Positions 11,537-22,201 of a stretch of 64,000 bases of DNA are shown here, piece after piece. Below the pieces are notes generated by a model. That model ran no database searches and was not told the DNA's origin. It saw nothing but the letters and a program-made list of their open reading frames with translations. Position numbers and translations under genes: made by a program. The stretch is taken from NCBI GenBank assembly GCA_038243585.1, contig JBBSQY010000001.1:120369-184368 (forward strand), in the 5' to 3' direction. Position 1 is the stretch's first letter, and each line of letters opens with the position of its first letter. This DNA comes from Candidatus Sumerlaeales bacterium (GTDB lineage Bacteria; Sumerlaeota; Sumerlaeia; Sumerlaeales; Sumerlaeaceae).

Positions 11537-11878
11537 ATGATAAAAACTGAAAAGTGCGCGGTTTGCGATACTGAAGCTGAGCTTCATATGGACGAGCGAC
11601 GCAATCATCATGTGAACTGTCCAAAGTGCGGGGGCTATATCGCCGCTGAAACTTTTGCCCAGCAGTTTGCCAAGCTCGAGCAATCAATACAGCAGACGTT
11701 TGCTGAATGGATGGGGCGTAACAGCGGGAAGCCCAACCGTTTCCTTTACAAAACCAAGCCCCTCAAAAGTAATCCATATTCAGCGGCGGACGGTTTCGAC
11801 ATGATCAGCATTAGCCGCATTCAGTCGGGAACGTTTGATCCCGAAGCAAAAAAAGAGGCCGAGTTGAACAACTACTAG
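11537..11878 (+). CDS. Hypothetical zinc-ribbon protein
   Basis: CAVC...CPKCG pairs. Confidence 0.6.
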   Translation: MIKTEKCAVCDTEAELHMDERRNHHVNCPKCGGYIAAETFAQQFAKLEQSIQQTFAEWMGRNSGKPNRFLYKTKPLKSNPYSAADGFDMISISRIQSGTFDPEAKKEAELNNY

Positions 11879-11971
11879 CCTGAAGCAGACGGCGGTGGTA
11901 TATATCGTCCGGGTATAGTCTTTGCCTAAGCTTCTCCTGAACCTATATTACATACTCAGGAGAACATCACC

Positions 11972-12544
11972 ATGAACCCGTCCACTAACAAACCGAACTT
12001 GCTTGGGTTTTCAGGCAGCCTAAGAAGTGGCTCCCTCAGCACCCGTGTGTTGCACACCCTACCATCCGTTTCTGCTGATAAGGCAGACATAACGATTTTC
12101 AACATTGCCGGAATCCCCCTTTATAATCAGGATACCGAAGACGCAGGCCTGCCGGATTCCGTTCAGAAATTTAAAGATGCCATTTCCGCGTCCGATGGCC
12201 TCGTGATTGTGACTCCTGAGTACAACTACGGGATATCCGGCGTGCTCAAAAATGCCCTGGACTGGGCGTCGCGACCCGGCTACGACTCACCGCTAAAAGA
12301 TAAGCCAGTATTAATGATCGCGACATCGCCAGCGATAACCGGCGGCGTGCGCGCAATCCAACAACTGCGCCAGACACTGTCAGCCACTCTGTCGAAGGTT
12401 GTGGCGGTGCCGGAAATCGTAATTGGTCAGGTTGACAAGAAAATCGAGAACGGTGCCTTAACCGATGAGACATCGCTTAAATATATCAAATCCGGCATTG
12501 ACGCACTGGTTGCAGAAATACGGCTGAAAAAAATAATGAAGTAG
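11972..12544 (+). CDS. NADPH-dependent FMN reductase (ChrR-like)
   Basis: GSLRSGS, TPEYNYGISGVLKNALDWASRP; AGGAG RBS. Confidence 0.93.
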   Translation: MNPSTNKPNLLGFSGSLRSGSLSTRVLHTLPSVSADKADITIFNIAGIPLYNQDTEDAGLPDSVQKFKDAISASDGLVIVTPEYNYGISGVLKNALDWASRPGYDSPLKDKPVLMIATSPAITGGVRAIQQLRQTLSATLSKVVAVPEIVIGQVDKKIENGALTDETSLKYIKSGIDALVAEIRLKKIMK

Positions 12545-12652
12545 CGGGATCGAACGGCTACTTGCGTCTCTATAATTGAACCCTGTCGGACACGGCAGCG
12601 TATTTCGCAACTTGAAACTGCGACCGCAGAGGTGCACCGCGGGGGATCAAGC

Positions 12653-12883
12653 CTATGTAATTGGATCGGTATCCGCTCCGTCATTTTCTTGTGACGTTAT
12701 ATCTTCGCTTGGCTTAGGTTCTGCTTCTACAACGTTTCCATCGCTATCAAGGACAGCATAGATTTCTTCTTCTGGCTCGGATCCGTTGCCTTTTTCAGTC
12801 TTACGTTGCAGCTTTTCTTCTTTTTTCCGGCGCTTAGCCTGATCCTTCTGGTCCTTCTGTCGTTGAAAGTTTGTTTTGGCCAT
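12653..12883 (-). CDS. Small basic/acidic hypothetical protein
   Basis: GGAAGGA RBS; Lys-rich N half, acidic C half. Confidence 0.65.
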   Translation of the reverse strand: MAKTNFQRQKDQKDQAKRRKKEEKLQRKTEKGNGSEPEEEIYAVLDSDGNVVEAEPKPSEDITSQENDGADTDPIT

Positions 12884-13037
12884 GGGCTGTATCCTTCCGC
12901 GTTTGATAGTTGATACAGCAAGAATTGGGTCATCAATGAAGAACGGCCAATTTTCAATAAAAAGCGCGGGTTACCGATCGATGACCTCACAACGTTTCAA
13001 TTACCGACTTGCGTCGTTGTGCCAGTGCGATATTTCC

Positions 13038-14123
13038 TTAATGCGTCTTCTCAACCGCAACTGCAGGCTCGTCCGCGCCGATTTTATTTCCATAGCCGAT
13101 GACTATGGTCGATATAATCAGCACAACAATTCCAGAAGTAATCAGCCTGCGAGTGGCGGAACTTGTGCCCCGCCATTCGTGTAGAGCAAGCGCCCATACA
13201 TTGCTGAACACGATGATAAATGCCATGTGTAGCGTCCAGCTTGAGAATTCATACTTCTCGCCCAGTTTGATCGTGCCCATTCCGTAGAAGAAAAATTGCA
13301 GATACCAGGTGATCCCGGCGATGGCGCAGTAAAAGATATTTAGGAGCACGGGAGCCTGCGACGAAAAATACTCGCGGCCAGTCCCGTTTTTAAAATTCAG
13401 GTACAGGCACCAGATCAGGTTGGTTGTTAAGCCTCCCGCCATCACGATAATATAGACCGGATTGTTAGAAAAAGTGGGATTTGCGCCTGCAGCAACAGCG
13501 GCATCGGCAATGGGTTTTCCGGCGGCAATTGCAAAGGCCATGCAGGCGCTCATAATACCGGCGAACATCGCCACCCAAACGCCTTTTTTAAAACTGAATT
13601 CCTTGATGGTGTTCCGCTTCTCCTCGTCGGTCAGCTCGCGCTCTTTATGAACACCAGCCAGTCCGCAAATAGCGATTCCGCCCAGACAGATTGCCACGCC
13701 CGCCAGCACAATAATGCCGGAGGTGGACTGAAACAGATTTCCGAATTCCCCAAAGTAAATGGGTGGAATCAGAGTCCCAAAGGCAGCACAAGCTCCCAGC
13801 GCCAGGGCATACCCCAGGGACATGCCCAGGTATCGCATGGACAGGCCAAACGTGAGGCCGCCGATCCCCCATAACGCGCCATACAGGTAACACCAGAACA
13901 GGCTGGATGCGGGAGCCGCACGCAAGATGCCGACAGGATCTGGCACTGTCAGAATTGAGGCCACTAACGGCGCGATAATCCAGCTGACAATACCGCCCAC
14001 CAGCCAGAGAGTCTCCCACGACCAGCCGCGCACCCGGGTAAACGGAATGTAAAAACTCGCCGCGGCAAGACCGCCAATGGCGTGAAACAAAATGCCCAGT
14101 TCAGGGTTGGGTGCAATGGCCAT
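13038..14123 (-). CDS. rhaT: L-rhamnose/H+ symporter family protein
   Basis: HAIGGLAAASFYIPF..V.GWSWE, LWGIGGLTFGLSMRYLGMSLG, WYLQFFFYGMG, SSWTLHM. Confidence 0.93.
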   Translation of the reverse strand: MAIAPNPELGILFHAIGGLAAASFYIPFTRVRGWSWETLWLVGGIVSWIIAPLVASILTVPDPVGILRAAPASSLFWCYLYGALWGIGGLTFGLSMRYLGMSLGYALALGACAAFGTLIPPIYFGEFGNLFQSTSGIIVLAGVAICLGGIAICGLAGVHKERELTDEEKRNTIKEFSFKKGVWVAMFAGIMSACMAFAIAAGKPIADAAVAAGANPTFSNNPVYIIVMAGGLTTNLIWCLYLNFKNGTGREYFSSQAPVLLNIFYCAIAGITWYLQFFFYGMGTIKLGEKYEFSSWTLHMAFIIVFSNVWALALHEWRGTSSATRRLITSGIVVLIISTIVIGYGNKIGADEPAVAVEKTH

Positions 14124-14147
14124 GGGTTTAAACCTTCTGTCTTTTGA

Positions 14148-15590
14148 TTAACAAATTACCGCCAGTTCAAGACCGCTGAGCCGGGCAAATTTCTGAATCT
14201 TGGCGGCCTGGTGTCCAATCCCAAGGGCGCAATGATGGGTCGGCCCCTGTTCGCACCACCGGTTCATGAATTCCGCCGGACCCAGCGGAAACTTCAGACG
14301 GGAATTCGTATTGCCAATCTGGAACGTCGGCCCAGGAATACATTCCCCTTCCGCCACCACCATCTTCAGCTTGCCATCCGCCGTCTGCGTCATTCCAAGG
14401 ATGGTGATCGGACCGTTTTTCACGCTGAACTCCACCGACACCCCGCCACCGCGCTTGCCATGATAGAGACCCAGCCCGCGCAATACCGGACGCTCCGCGC
14501 TGATGGCCACGTGCCCCGGTCCGTCGTGACCCATAAGGATAAAATTGTCCACAAAATCCATCGCGTAGAACTCCGTAAAAGAGCCCCCCGCCTCCAGGCG
14601 ATCCATGATCATCATCGCCATGCACGTCTTCAGGTCGCCCTCGCCCGACGCCGGGATGCCACGCGCCGTCAAAAGCGAATTGCCAAGGATCAGTCCCGCA
14701 CCCAGTTGCTCAAACTCATTCCCGTCTACGCCGCGATAATAATAAGTCAGCCCGTCCAGATCGAAATCCTCCGCCAGCTTATCCAGACCAACCCCCACCC
14801 GGCACGCCCAGTTCATGGTGTCGTCATCAATGGATTTCGCTATGGGATCAATGCCCGGATCGGCAATGTCAAAAATCTCAAGCGCTTCTTCCCGCTTTGC
14901 CCTCACCTCGACATCCGTGGCCGCTGCCACACGCGCCGCCAGGTCGTCCATCTCCAGAACCTCGATGTGAGAACCAAGCTGCGCCGAATGCATCGTGAAA
15001 TCCGAATACATATCCAGCATCCCCGGATAAGTGTGTCCCAGGAAACCAACTCGGCTATAATGCAGGCTGCGCTGAACCCCCGCCGCCACGCACCAGTCGC
15101 CAATCTCTCCCCACGCCTTTGCGTCGTCGAACAACATGCCAGACACCACGTTAAACTGAATCCTCGCCCGTGCGAATGCACACGAAATCTCCGGCACCGA
15201 ACAGGCCGAGCATGCCGACAGCCATTCCCCCGTAGTCATGTTCACATAATCCAGCGCCGCCACCGGCTGCAGATTCAATATCAGCACCGGCGCATTAGTC
15301 CGCTGCACCGCCGGCAACACCTGCGACGACGTCGCATACGTCGCCACATAACAGAGAATCAGGTCCACGTTCTGCTGCGCAAACAAGTCCCCCGTAGCCC
15401 GCGCCCCCGGCGCCGTGTCCACCAGCCCCGCCGAAACCACGTCCACGCCAAACCCCGAAACCCGCGCCTCCACCTCCCGCTGATAACCCTCCAGCCGTTC
15501 CTTTAACCCAGGGAACTGCGACCAGTAAGCCTCCAGCCCAATACCAAAAACGCCCACGCGGGGCCTGAGACGAGTTTTGCGTTCAAACAA
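14148..15590 (-). CDS. L-fucose/L-arabinose isomerase family protein
   Basis: GIGLEAYWSQF, YPGMLDMYSD, EGDLK, GGSFTEF, MGHDGP, GPTHHCALG. Confidence 0.88.
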   Translation of the reverse strand: MFERKTRLRPRVGVFGIGLEAYWSQFPGLKERLEGYQREVEARVSGFGVDVVSAGLVDTAPGARATGDLFAQQNVDLILCYVATYATSSQVLPAVQRTNAPVLILNLQPVAALDYVNMTTGEWLSACSACSVPEISCAFARARIQFNVVSGMLFDDAKAWGEIGDWCVAAGVQRSLHYSRVGFLGHTYPGMLDMYSDFTMHSAQLGSHIEVLEMDDLAARVAAATDVEVRAKREEALEIFDIADPGIDPIAKSIDDDTMNWACRVGVGLDKLAEDFDLDGLTYYYRGVDGNEFEQLGAGLILGNSLLTARGIPASGEGDLKTCMAMMIMDRLEAGGSFTEFYAMDFVDNFILMGHDGPGHVAISAERPVLRGLGLYHGKRGGGVSVEFSVKNGPITILGMTQTADGKLKMVVAEGECIPGPTFQIGNTNSRLKFPLGPAEFMNRWCEQGPTHHCALGIGHQAAKIQKFARLSGLELAVIC

Positions 15591-15687
15591 TGGCGGGTAA
15601 TCCTTTTTGAATTGCGACTAAGTATTGCTGAAGCGGCGGGATGGAAATGTCCAGTAACATCTGGCCGACATTGAGTTGCAATGGCGA

Positions 15688-15701
15688 AATGTCCCGACAT
15701 T
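15688..15701. promoter_or_regulatory. Candidate operator upstream of isomerase-rhaT
   Basis: AATGTC-CC-GACATT palindrome; half sites repeated at 15646 and 15667. Confidence 0.4.
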
Positions 15702-15710
15702 AGAAAAAAA

Positions 15711-16619
15711 CTATTGCATCAGATAAATCTCAATTTCTCGCGGTGGCGATTCAAGAACAAGTTCTTTGCCAGAGTTTTTTAAGTGTAACAGGATTTCACG
15801 ATGACCGATTATCTTCTCATGAGAAATCTCTTTCAAGTGAGCCCAAGGCAGAAGCAACCACACGGCCTTTCGCTGAACTGGTTGAAATAACACCATTTCG
15901 GGCGTCCCGCTGGAATCCGCCGCAATACGGAGATACAAACCTGTTGGTTTGGCGAGAGCGGAAAAGCTGACAGATTTTTTCAAAAACCCCCGTGTCTTCA
16001 TGGCGCCTGGGGATACCGGAGGCTTTCTGATTAAAGACCCGTCCAGTAAAAGAATTTCGACGCCTGAAGTAAGCTTTTCCGGAGCACCCGCTCCGGCGAG
16101 ATCTTCGATTATTTCATCCGCCATAAAACTTTGCGCGGCAATCGCCAGCACCGTATTACAAAGGAAAATCGCCAGCGCAAAGAGAAAGATAGGAATCAGC
16201 ACTTGATCAACGGCAAGGAGATCCGAGTACCAAATAAACCAGCATAGCGGTCCAATGATAACAGCCGATGCCAACAGCGTTTTCAAACCGACTTTCCTCA
16301 GGCCGCAAAGGCCCAGCAATACGCCACCGAAGACGCTAGCACAAAATGTAAACAACTCAGGACGCGCTTGGATATTGCTAAAAACAGTGCGCTTTGCTCC
16401 CAAAGCCCCAGATATTGGGCTGACCAACACAACAATCCCAATCATTAATACCGATTGAACGATCCACGACTTAACTTTTGGGATCAACGGCCACACAGGT
16501 TTCCGCCGACACAGGAAGTTGATGAAGATCAACCCGTTAAGCAAACCAGCGGCGGCACACCAGAGTACCAATAAAAGCAGCAACGGGACACCGATTACAT
16601 ACTGTACGATATCTCTCAT
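15711..16619 (-). CDS. Hypothetical membrane protein
   Basis: About 5 hydrophobic segments then a soluble C-terminus; AAGGA RBS. Confidence 0.7.
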   Translation of the reverse strand: MRDIVQYVIGVPLLLLLVLWCAAAGLLNGLIFINFLCRRKPVWPLIPKVKSWIVQSVLMIGIVVLVSPISGALGAKRTVFSNIQARPELFTFCASVFGGVLLGLCGLRKVGLKTLLASAVIIGPLCWFIWYSDLLAVDQVLIPIFLFALAIFLCNTVLAIAAQSFMADEIIEDLAGAGAPEKLTSGVEILLLDGSLIRKPPVSPGAMKTRGFLKKSVSFSALAKPTGLYLRIAADSSGTPEMVLFQPVQRKAVWLLLPWAHLKEISHEKIIGHREILLHLKNSGKELVLESPPREIEIYLMQ

Positions 16620-16764
16620 AATTTAGTTTCCTTGTACCACCGGCGGTGGGGAAGACAACTTTAAGGCAACGACGCTGCGCGTCATAGGAACTTTTCCTGT
16701 TTCCAGACTGCTTTCTTAGTTTGCTGTTCTTCGTGTCTTTGAGTCAATTTTCTTTAAGCTTCCC

Positions 16765-18606
16765 CTATTTCCGCCGAGGCAACACAGACTCCACCGTGCC
16801 CGGCGCCGGCGTGAAATCCTCTCCGGGATTGATAAACTTGTTCGTTTCAAACCGGTACTGTTTGTCATAAAGTTGTTTATACCGACCGCTCGTCGCCAAA
16901 AGCTCATGGTGCGTGCCGCGCTCCACTATCTCGCCATGTTCCAGAACGAGAATTTGATCCGCGCTGATAATTGTCGACAGCCTGTGTGCGATAACAAACG
17001 TCGTGCGCCCCTTCCGCAACGCGTTCAGGCTGTCTTGTATCAGCGCCTCACTTTCGCTGTCCAGACTCGACGTTGCCTCGTCCAGAATAAGAATAGTCGG
17101 ATCCGCCAGAATCGCCCGGGCAATCGCTATCCGCTGACGCTGCCCGCCCGACAGCCGCACGCCGCGCTCGCCGATAATCGACTTGTAACCGTCCTCCAGC
17201 GCCTCCACAAACTCGTCACAGTTGGCGATGCGGCTGACTTCCCGCACCTCATCCATACTTGCCCCCGGACGCGCGAAACGGATATTATCCGCAATAGTTC
17301 CGTCGAACAAAAAGTTATCCTGCAACACAATGCCAAGGTGCTTGCGATAGTCTCGAAGTTTCAGGGTTTCAAGATCGCGCCCGTCCACTTTTACCACCCC
17401 AGTCAGTGGCCGGTTAAACGCCATCACCAGGCTGACCAGCGTGCTTTTTCCAGACCCACTCGATCCCACCAGCGCCGTCGTCGTTCCCGCTGGAGCCTCA
17501 AAACAAATGTCTTTCAGAACCGGCACTCCTGGGTCATACTCAAATCCCACGTTTTCGAATTTAAAGTTCCCCTCAAGCCGACCCACCGGCGCCCGATTAA
17601 TGTCTTCCTGGTCCTCCGTCGCCAGCCCCTTCACTTCGCGAATGCGATCCAGTCCAGCGAAAGCCTCGCTGATTTGCGTTCCGATGGACGAGAGCTGAAT
17701 CACCGGCGAAGCCAGCATCGCGGTAAAGAAAATATACATTACAAAATCGCCAAGGGTCATTGCTCCCGACAAAATCGATCGCCCCCCGTAGCTGATCATA
17801 ACCACGGCCACGGCCCCCGTAACCACGGTCGACAGAGCCGTAATAATGGAAATACCGGTAACAGCGGAGGCGACATTCCGCAACAGGCCATGCGCGCCTT
17901 TCGCAAACACCAGCTCTTCACGTTTTTCCGCCGTGTAAGCCTTCACCACGCGAATACCGCCGAGGGTCTCGCTCAGCCGCCCCGTTACTTCGGCGTTAAT
18001 TTTTCCCCGCTGGCGAAACACCGGGCGAAGCCGCGTGAACGCGTACCCCAGGCATACGCCAAAAATGGCAAGTATAAACAGCGTGATCATAGTCAGCTGC
18101 CAGTTCAGATAGAACAGCACCGTCATAGCCAGGACCGCCGTCACAATACTGCCCGTAAGCTGCGCCAGGCCAGTGCCAACCAGATTCCTGATCCCTTCCG
18201 GATCTGTCATGATCCGCGAAACAAGAATACCCGATTGCGTCGAATCGAAGTACCGAATCGGCAGCCTGGTGATATGCTTCTGAACGCTCATTCGCATATC
18301 CGTTATGGCCCGCTGCGCCGCCACACCCAACACCTGCGACAACGAGAACGAAGTAAAAGCCTGCACAAGAGTCGCCGCGCCCGCCGCTGCGGCCAGGGGC
18401 CATAGCAATTCTCCGTGCCCCTTGCCAATCACGTCATCTATCAAAAATTTGGATGTTGCCGGTAACACAAGTCCCGCCAGGCGGCTAATCAGCATCAGGC
18501 CAAGGCCAAGCGCCAGCCGGTGCCGGTGAGCCCAGATCAGCTCTCGCGCTTCACGCCAGACGCTCGACATTGGCGGCAATTTCTTCTTGCCCGTCGCGGG
18601 CGTCAT
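16765..18606 (-). CDS. ABC exporter, fused permease/ATPase (MsbA/MdlB-like)
   Basis: GSSGSGKS, LSGGQRQR, LILDEATSSLD, IAHRLST; start chosen at MTPAT. Confidence 0.95.
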   Translation of the reverse strand: MTPATGKKKLPPMSSVWREARELIWAHRHRLALGLGLMLISRLAGLVLPATSKFLIDDVIGKGHGELLWPLAAAAGAATLVQAFTSFSLSQVLGVAAQRAITDMRMSVQKHITRLPIRYFDSTQSGILVSRIMTDPEGIRNLVGTGLAQLTGSIVTAVLAMTVLFYLNWQLTMITLFILAIFGVCLGYAFTRLRPVFRQRGKINAEVTGRLSETLGGIRVVKAYTAEKREELVFAKGAHGLLRNVASAVTGISIITALSTVVTGAVAVVMISYGGRSILSGAMTLGDFVMYIFFTAMLASPVIQLSSIGTQISEAFAGLDRIREVKGLATEDQEDINRAPVGRLEGNFKFENVGFEYDPGVPVLKDICFEAPAGTTTALVGSSGSGKSTLVSLVMAFNRPLTGVVKVDGRDLETLKLRDYRKHLGIVLQDNFLFDGTIADNIRFARPGASMDEVREVSRIANCDEFVEALEDGYKSIIGERGVRLSGGQRQRIAIARAILADPTILILDEATSSLDSESEALIQDSLNALRKGRTTFVIAHRLSTIISADQILVLEHGEIVERGTHHELLATSGRYKQLYDKQYRFETNKFINPGEDFTPAPGTVESVLPRRK

Positions 18607-18842
18607 GCCGGCTCGGCCTTCCCTTTTCTGATTAAACGAAGGTTTGAAAGAGATATCTCGGTTTACCCGCAAGCCGCATCCTTTTTGAAACGTTAATTGC
18701 CGCAAAATGTAGTTACAGAAAACGCGGCAGAAGTTCAGAAAAGGTTTCAGCAAACATTCCTTGAGAAGTAATATGTGCGCCCTGCCGGGCAGTCTTTCCT
18801 TTTTTGTTGAAACGCCAGCCCGCTCCACCGCACTTACCCGTT

Positions 18843-19295
18843 ATGTCTATAATTGATATCAAGTTTACTATTGAACCTGGAGCCGCCGATCTGCCGACTC
18901 CGCACTATGCAACCGAAGACTCCGCCGGGGCTGATCTCCGCGCGGCGGTCGCAGCCCCCGTGGTCTTACAGCCCGGAAGTTTTGGCGCGGTATCCACTGG
19001 TTTGCGAATGGCCATCCCGAGAGGGTTCGAAGGGCAGATTCGGCCCCGCAGCGGCCTCGCCGCCCGCCACGGCATAACCTGCCTCAATACCCCCGGCACC
19101 ATTGACGCCGATTACCGCGGCGTCATCCAGGTGCTGTTGATCAATCATGGCCCCGACCCCTTCACCATTAATCACGGAGACAGAATCGCGCAGCTCGTAG
19201 TCGCGCCCGTGACCCGCGCCGCTTTTGTGGCGGCGGAAAGCCTCGATGATACCACACGGGGCGAGGGCGGTTTCGGTCACACCGGCCTTAAGTGA
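18843..19295 (+). CDS. dut: dUTP diphosphatase
   Basis: [41 protein letters not shown]. Confidence 0.97.
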   Translation: MSIIDIKFTIEPGAADLPTPHYATEDSAGADLRAAVAAPVVLQPGSFGAVSTGLRMAIPRGFEGQIRPRSGLAARHGITCLNTPGTIDADYRGVIQVLLINHGPDPFTINHGDRIAQLVVAPVTRAAFVAAESLDDTTRGEGGFGHTGLK

Positions 19296-19327
19296 AACGC
19301 CATACGCAATCCCGGCCTGACTGAAGT

Positions 19328-20122
19328 ATGAAACTGATTGAGATCAGCGCGGCAGCAGCCGGATATGGAACCCGGCCAGTGCTTCATGATGTGGCCTTTG
19401 ACGTATCTCCGGGTGAACTGATTGGCCTGATCGGTCCCAATGGAAGCGGGAAAACGACGCTCCTCCATTGTATGACAGGGTTCCATCCCCTATCCGACGG
19501 CACGATACGGTTGCGCGGAAAAGACATATCAGGACTAAGCCGACGCGCCATTGTGGATAGCGTCGCTTTTGTGCCGCAACAAACCGAAGCGGTCTACTCT
19601 TACTCCGCACTGGAAATGGTTCTTATGGGCCGCCATGCGTTCGCCGGCCTCGCTTCCGTCGACACGCCACAGGACGTCAGGCTGGCCCACGAAGCTCTTG
19701 AAAGGCTGGAAGTCGCCCATCTTGCAAATCGCGATTTCTCACGATTAAGCGGCGGCGAGAAACAGCTGATTCTTCTGGCCCGAGCATTTGTGCAGCGAGC
19801 TCAGATCTTGATGCTGGATGAACCCCTGACCGGCCTGGATATCCGCCATCAATATCAGCTGATGAACGCAATTAAATCCGAAACAGAAATTGACGGCCAT
19901 GCCGCCGTGGCGACCTTTCATGATCTGGCCGTGGCAGCCCGATGGTGTACCAGACTAATCCTTATCAGAGATGGCCAGATTATCGCGAACGGACCTCCCC
20001 AAGCCGTCATTACCTCACAAAACCTTGCCAAAGTCTATGACGTCACATCGACAGTATCACCCGACACCCACGGCCACCTGACCATCCATGTTACCGGCTA
20101 CTCGTCGCCTGAAACTTCATGA
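19328..20122 (+). CDS. Cobalamin/iron-chelate ABC ATPase (BtuD/FecE-like)
   Basis: GPNGSGKT, VLMGR, LSGGEKQ, LDEP, HDL. Confidence 0.9.
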   Translation: MKLIEISAAAAGYGTRPVLHDVAFDVSPGELIGLIGPNGSGKTTLLHCMTGFHPLSDGTIRLRGKDISGLSRRAIVDSVAFVPQQTEAVYSYSALEMVLMGRHAFAGLASVDTPQDVRLAHEALERLEVAHLANRDFSRLSGGEKQLILLARAFVQRAQILMLDEPLTGLDIRHQYQLMNAIKSETEIDGHAAVATFHDLAVAARWCTRLILIRDGQIIANGPPQAVITSQNLAKVYDVTSTVSPDTHGHLTIHVTGYSSPETS

Positions 20123-20901
20123 AGTTCCCGCCAGGCCACGGCGAGCTCCACAGAACTGCAAAGATGCAGTCTTTCCATTAACCGGGTCCGATATGTATAC
20201 ACCGACTTGATCGCCAGATCCAGAACATGAGCTACCTCCTTGACAGTACACCCCGCCGCCAGAAGATCAAATACTTCCTGTTCCCGCTTTGGCACTGAAG
20301 CCCCATACTTTCGCAACTGATCGATACCAGGCATCGTTTTCGGACGTGCCGAAGAAGCAGTCAGCAGCCTTTCGCGATAGCTGCTGAACCCGCGCAAAAG
20401 CTCCTGCTGCCGGTTATATACCTCGCTCACCTGCGCCCGCAGTCGTTCCGCTTCTTGCAACGAACGCTTCATTTCCGTTATGTCATTCAGGATAATAGCC
20501 ACTCCCAATAGGCTTTGGCCGTTATCCACATCGGTTGTTATTGGAAGACAGTGTCCTTCTGTCCAGCGGCTTCGCCCAGTTTTGCCCCACTCGGCTGGGG
20601 AAAAGTAATCCTCATCGACCACCCCAGGCGTACCTGAAAACGCATTCTTAACCGCATCCCAGATATCCTTACTCTGGACGTTCTTATCTTCGAGACTATT
20701 ATAATCTTTTACACTCGACATATCGAGCTCGTAAAGTTTGCTCCATTGATGATTAGCACTGACGCAATTTCCATCGGCGTCGAACAGGAGGATCCCATAC
20801 CGATGGACATCAAGCTCCCGCAACATTCGCTTTTCCATTTCCTTAAGCGCTTGCTCAGCCTGCTCAGCTTTGTCGTCGTCGAGATAAAATAAATGTCGCA
20901 T
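20098..20901 (-). CDS. PAS-domain LuxR-type transcriptional regulator
   Basis: PAS-like FDADG...AN...DITE; HTH REQEVFDLLAAG.TVKEVA..L....KSVYTYRTRLM. Confidence 0.85.
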   Translation of the reverse strand: MRHLFYLDDDKAEQAEQALKEMEKRMLRELDVHRYGILLFDADGNCVSANHQWSKLYELDMSSVKDYNSLEDKNVQSKDIWDAVKNAFSGTPGVVDEDYFSPAEWGKTGRSRWTEGHCLPITTDVDNGQSLLGVAIILNDITEMKRSLQEAERLRAQVSEVYNRQQELLRGFSSYRERLLTASSARPKTMPGIDQLRKYGASVPKREQEVFDLLAAGCTVKEVAHVLDLAIKSVYTYRTRLMERLHLCSSVELAVAWRELHEVSGDE

Positions 20902-21024
20902 GAAAACTACCCTGCACCAGAATTAATACTATCTGGGCAACAGGGTGGAGGCAGCGAAATGAGCAACTCAAGAACAAAATACAAAAAAAAGTAATGCGAA
21001 CTTATACAGACCCACAGAGCTCAT

Positions 21025-21050
21025 GAAGTAGCATAGGCGTCCCGCCTATG
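21025..21050 (+). repeat. REP family A copy
   Basis: GAAGTAGCATAGGCGTCCCGCCTATG. Confidence 0.85.
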
Positions 21051-21159
21051 TATCGGTTATCAAATCACCAATTGTTATTCACGAAAGTCGCAACCGCCCG
21101 GGAAAACCAAAGAAGAGGCACCAGCAAATTAATCAGCCAACCGAAACGCCTCCGCAACT

Positions 21160-22176
21160 TCACTTCGCAGCAACCGGTACCCTCGACAATCTCTGGTTAA
21201 TGTCCAGCAGCGCCTGCGCTCCGGCGTCGTCGATCACCACAGACTTCACTATGTTCCCTTTGATGGCGGCGCTGAGTGCGGCGGCTCTGTCCGAGCCGAT
21301 AGTGACCGCAATAACCTGCGGCATTTTTTGCAATTGTTCCAGCTTGATGCTCGCCACGCGGTCGCGAAACGACGTGTCGCACTCATCCCCCTCCGCATTG
21401 AAAAAACGACCACAGATTTCTCCAACTGCCTTAGCCTGCACAAGCATCTTCATGTCACGGTCCGTAAAAATGCCGCGCTCGGTGAACATCGAATTTTGGA
21501 GCGTTCCCATCCCTACCAGCGCCAGCTCGCATTTGCCAAACCGGCGGACTACCTCCTGGTTTTCGCCCAGGCTCATAATGGCGTCTCGCGTTCTTATATC
21601 CGGCAGCAGCACCGGCGTGTTCAGCATAAAAAAGGATCCGCCCCATATCGCTGCCATATGACGTCCCAGTTCCAGGGCGTCATAGCCGCTTGGGGTAGAA
21701 CCCACGTTGCCCATGGCCTGCACAACCGCCATGCTGGCCTTGCGCGGCGGCTCTTTAAACTGCTGACATAAATCCTGAAGGGTCCGCCCTCCCGCTATCG
21801 CCAGCGTATGGACCCCGGCCACCAACTGCGCCACGTCCGCCGCCGCGAAATGGGCCACCGTGTAGCGGAGGTCTTTGACTTTGCTGCCGCGAATGGTTTT
21901 TATGACGATTGGTTTATTTAAGCCGAGTTCCGTAACGAGCAGCTTTTCCAGTTCGCGGTCCCGGGGATCGTAATCCGCCACGCTTATCCGAACAATCCCA
22001 CGGTCCCGCGCCAGGGAAAGCAGACGCGATATTTGCGGCTGAGACACCCGCATGACCCGCGCAACATCCGCCTGGGGCAGGCCATCCACATAATACAGCC
22101 GGGCCGTCATCAGCAACATCTCATCGCTAAAGCGGCCTGTGCCTTCCGCTTTCCGCCTCATAATGTCGCCCTGCAT
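21160..22176 (-). CDS. SorC/DeoR-type sugar-binding transcriptional regulator
   Basis: ARLYYVDGLPQADVA...ISRLL..ARDRGIVRI HTH; GGRTL, AVGEICGRFF. Confidence 0.92.
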   Translation of the reverse strand: MQGDIMRRKAEGTGRFSDEMLLMTARLYYVDGLPQADVARVMRVSQPQISRLLSLARDRGIVRISVADYDPRDRELEKLLVTELGLNKPIVIKTIRGSKVKDLRYTVAHFAAADVAQLVAGVHTLAIAGGRTLQDLCQQFKEPPRKASMAVVQAMGNVGSTPSGYDALELGRHMAAIWGGSFFMLNTPVLLPDIRTRDAIMSLGENQEVVRRFGKCELALVGMGTLQNSMFTERGIFTDRDMKMLVQAKAVGEICGRFFNAEGDECDTSFRDRVASIKLEQLQKMPQVIAVTIGSDRAAALSAAIKGNIVKSVVIDDAGAQALLDINQRLSRVPVAAK

Positions 22177-22201
22177 CTTCGATTTAAACTCAATTTACCC
22201 A

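Noticed and set aside
14211..18405. Long plus-strand ORFs 14211-15506 and 16873-18405
   Set aside because: Antisense shadows of the isomerase and ABC genes; no motifs; explained by codon bias.
20098..20122. 25-nt convergent overlap of ABC ATPase and LuxR genes
   Set aside because: Short tail-to-tail overlaps are common; both proteins look complete.
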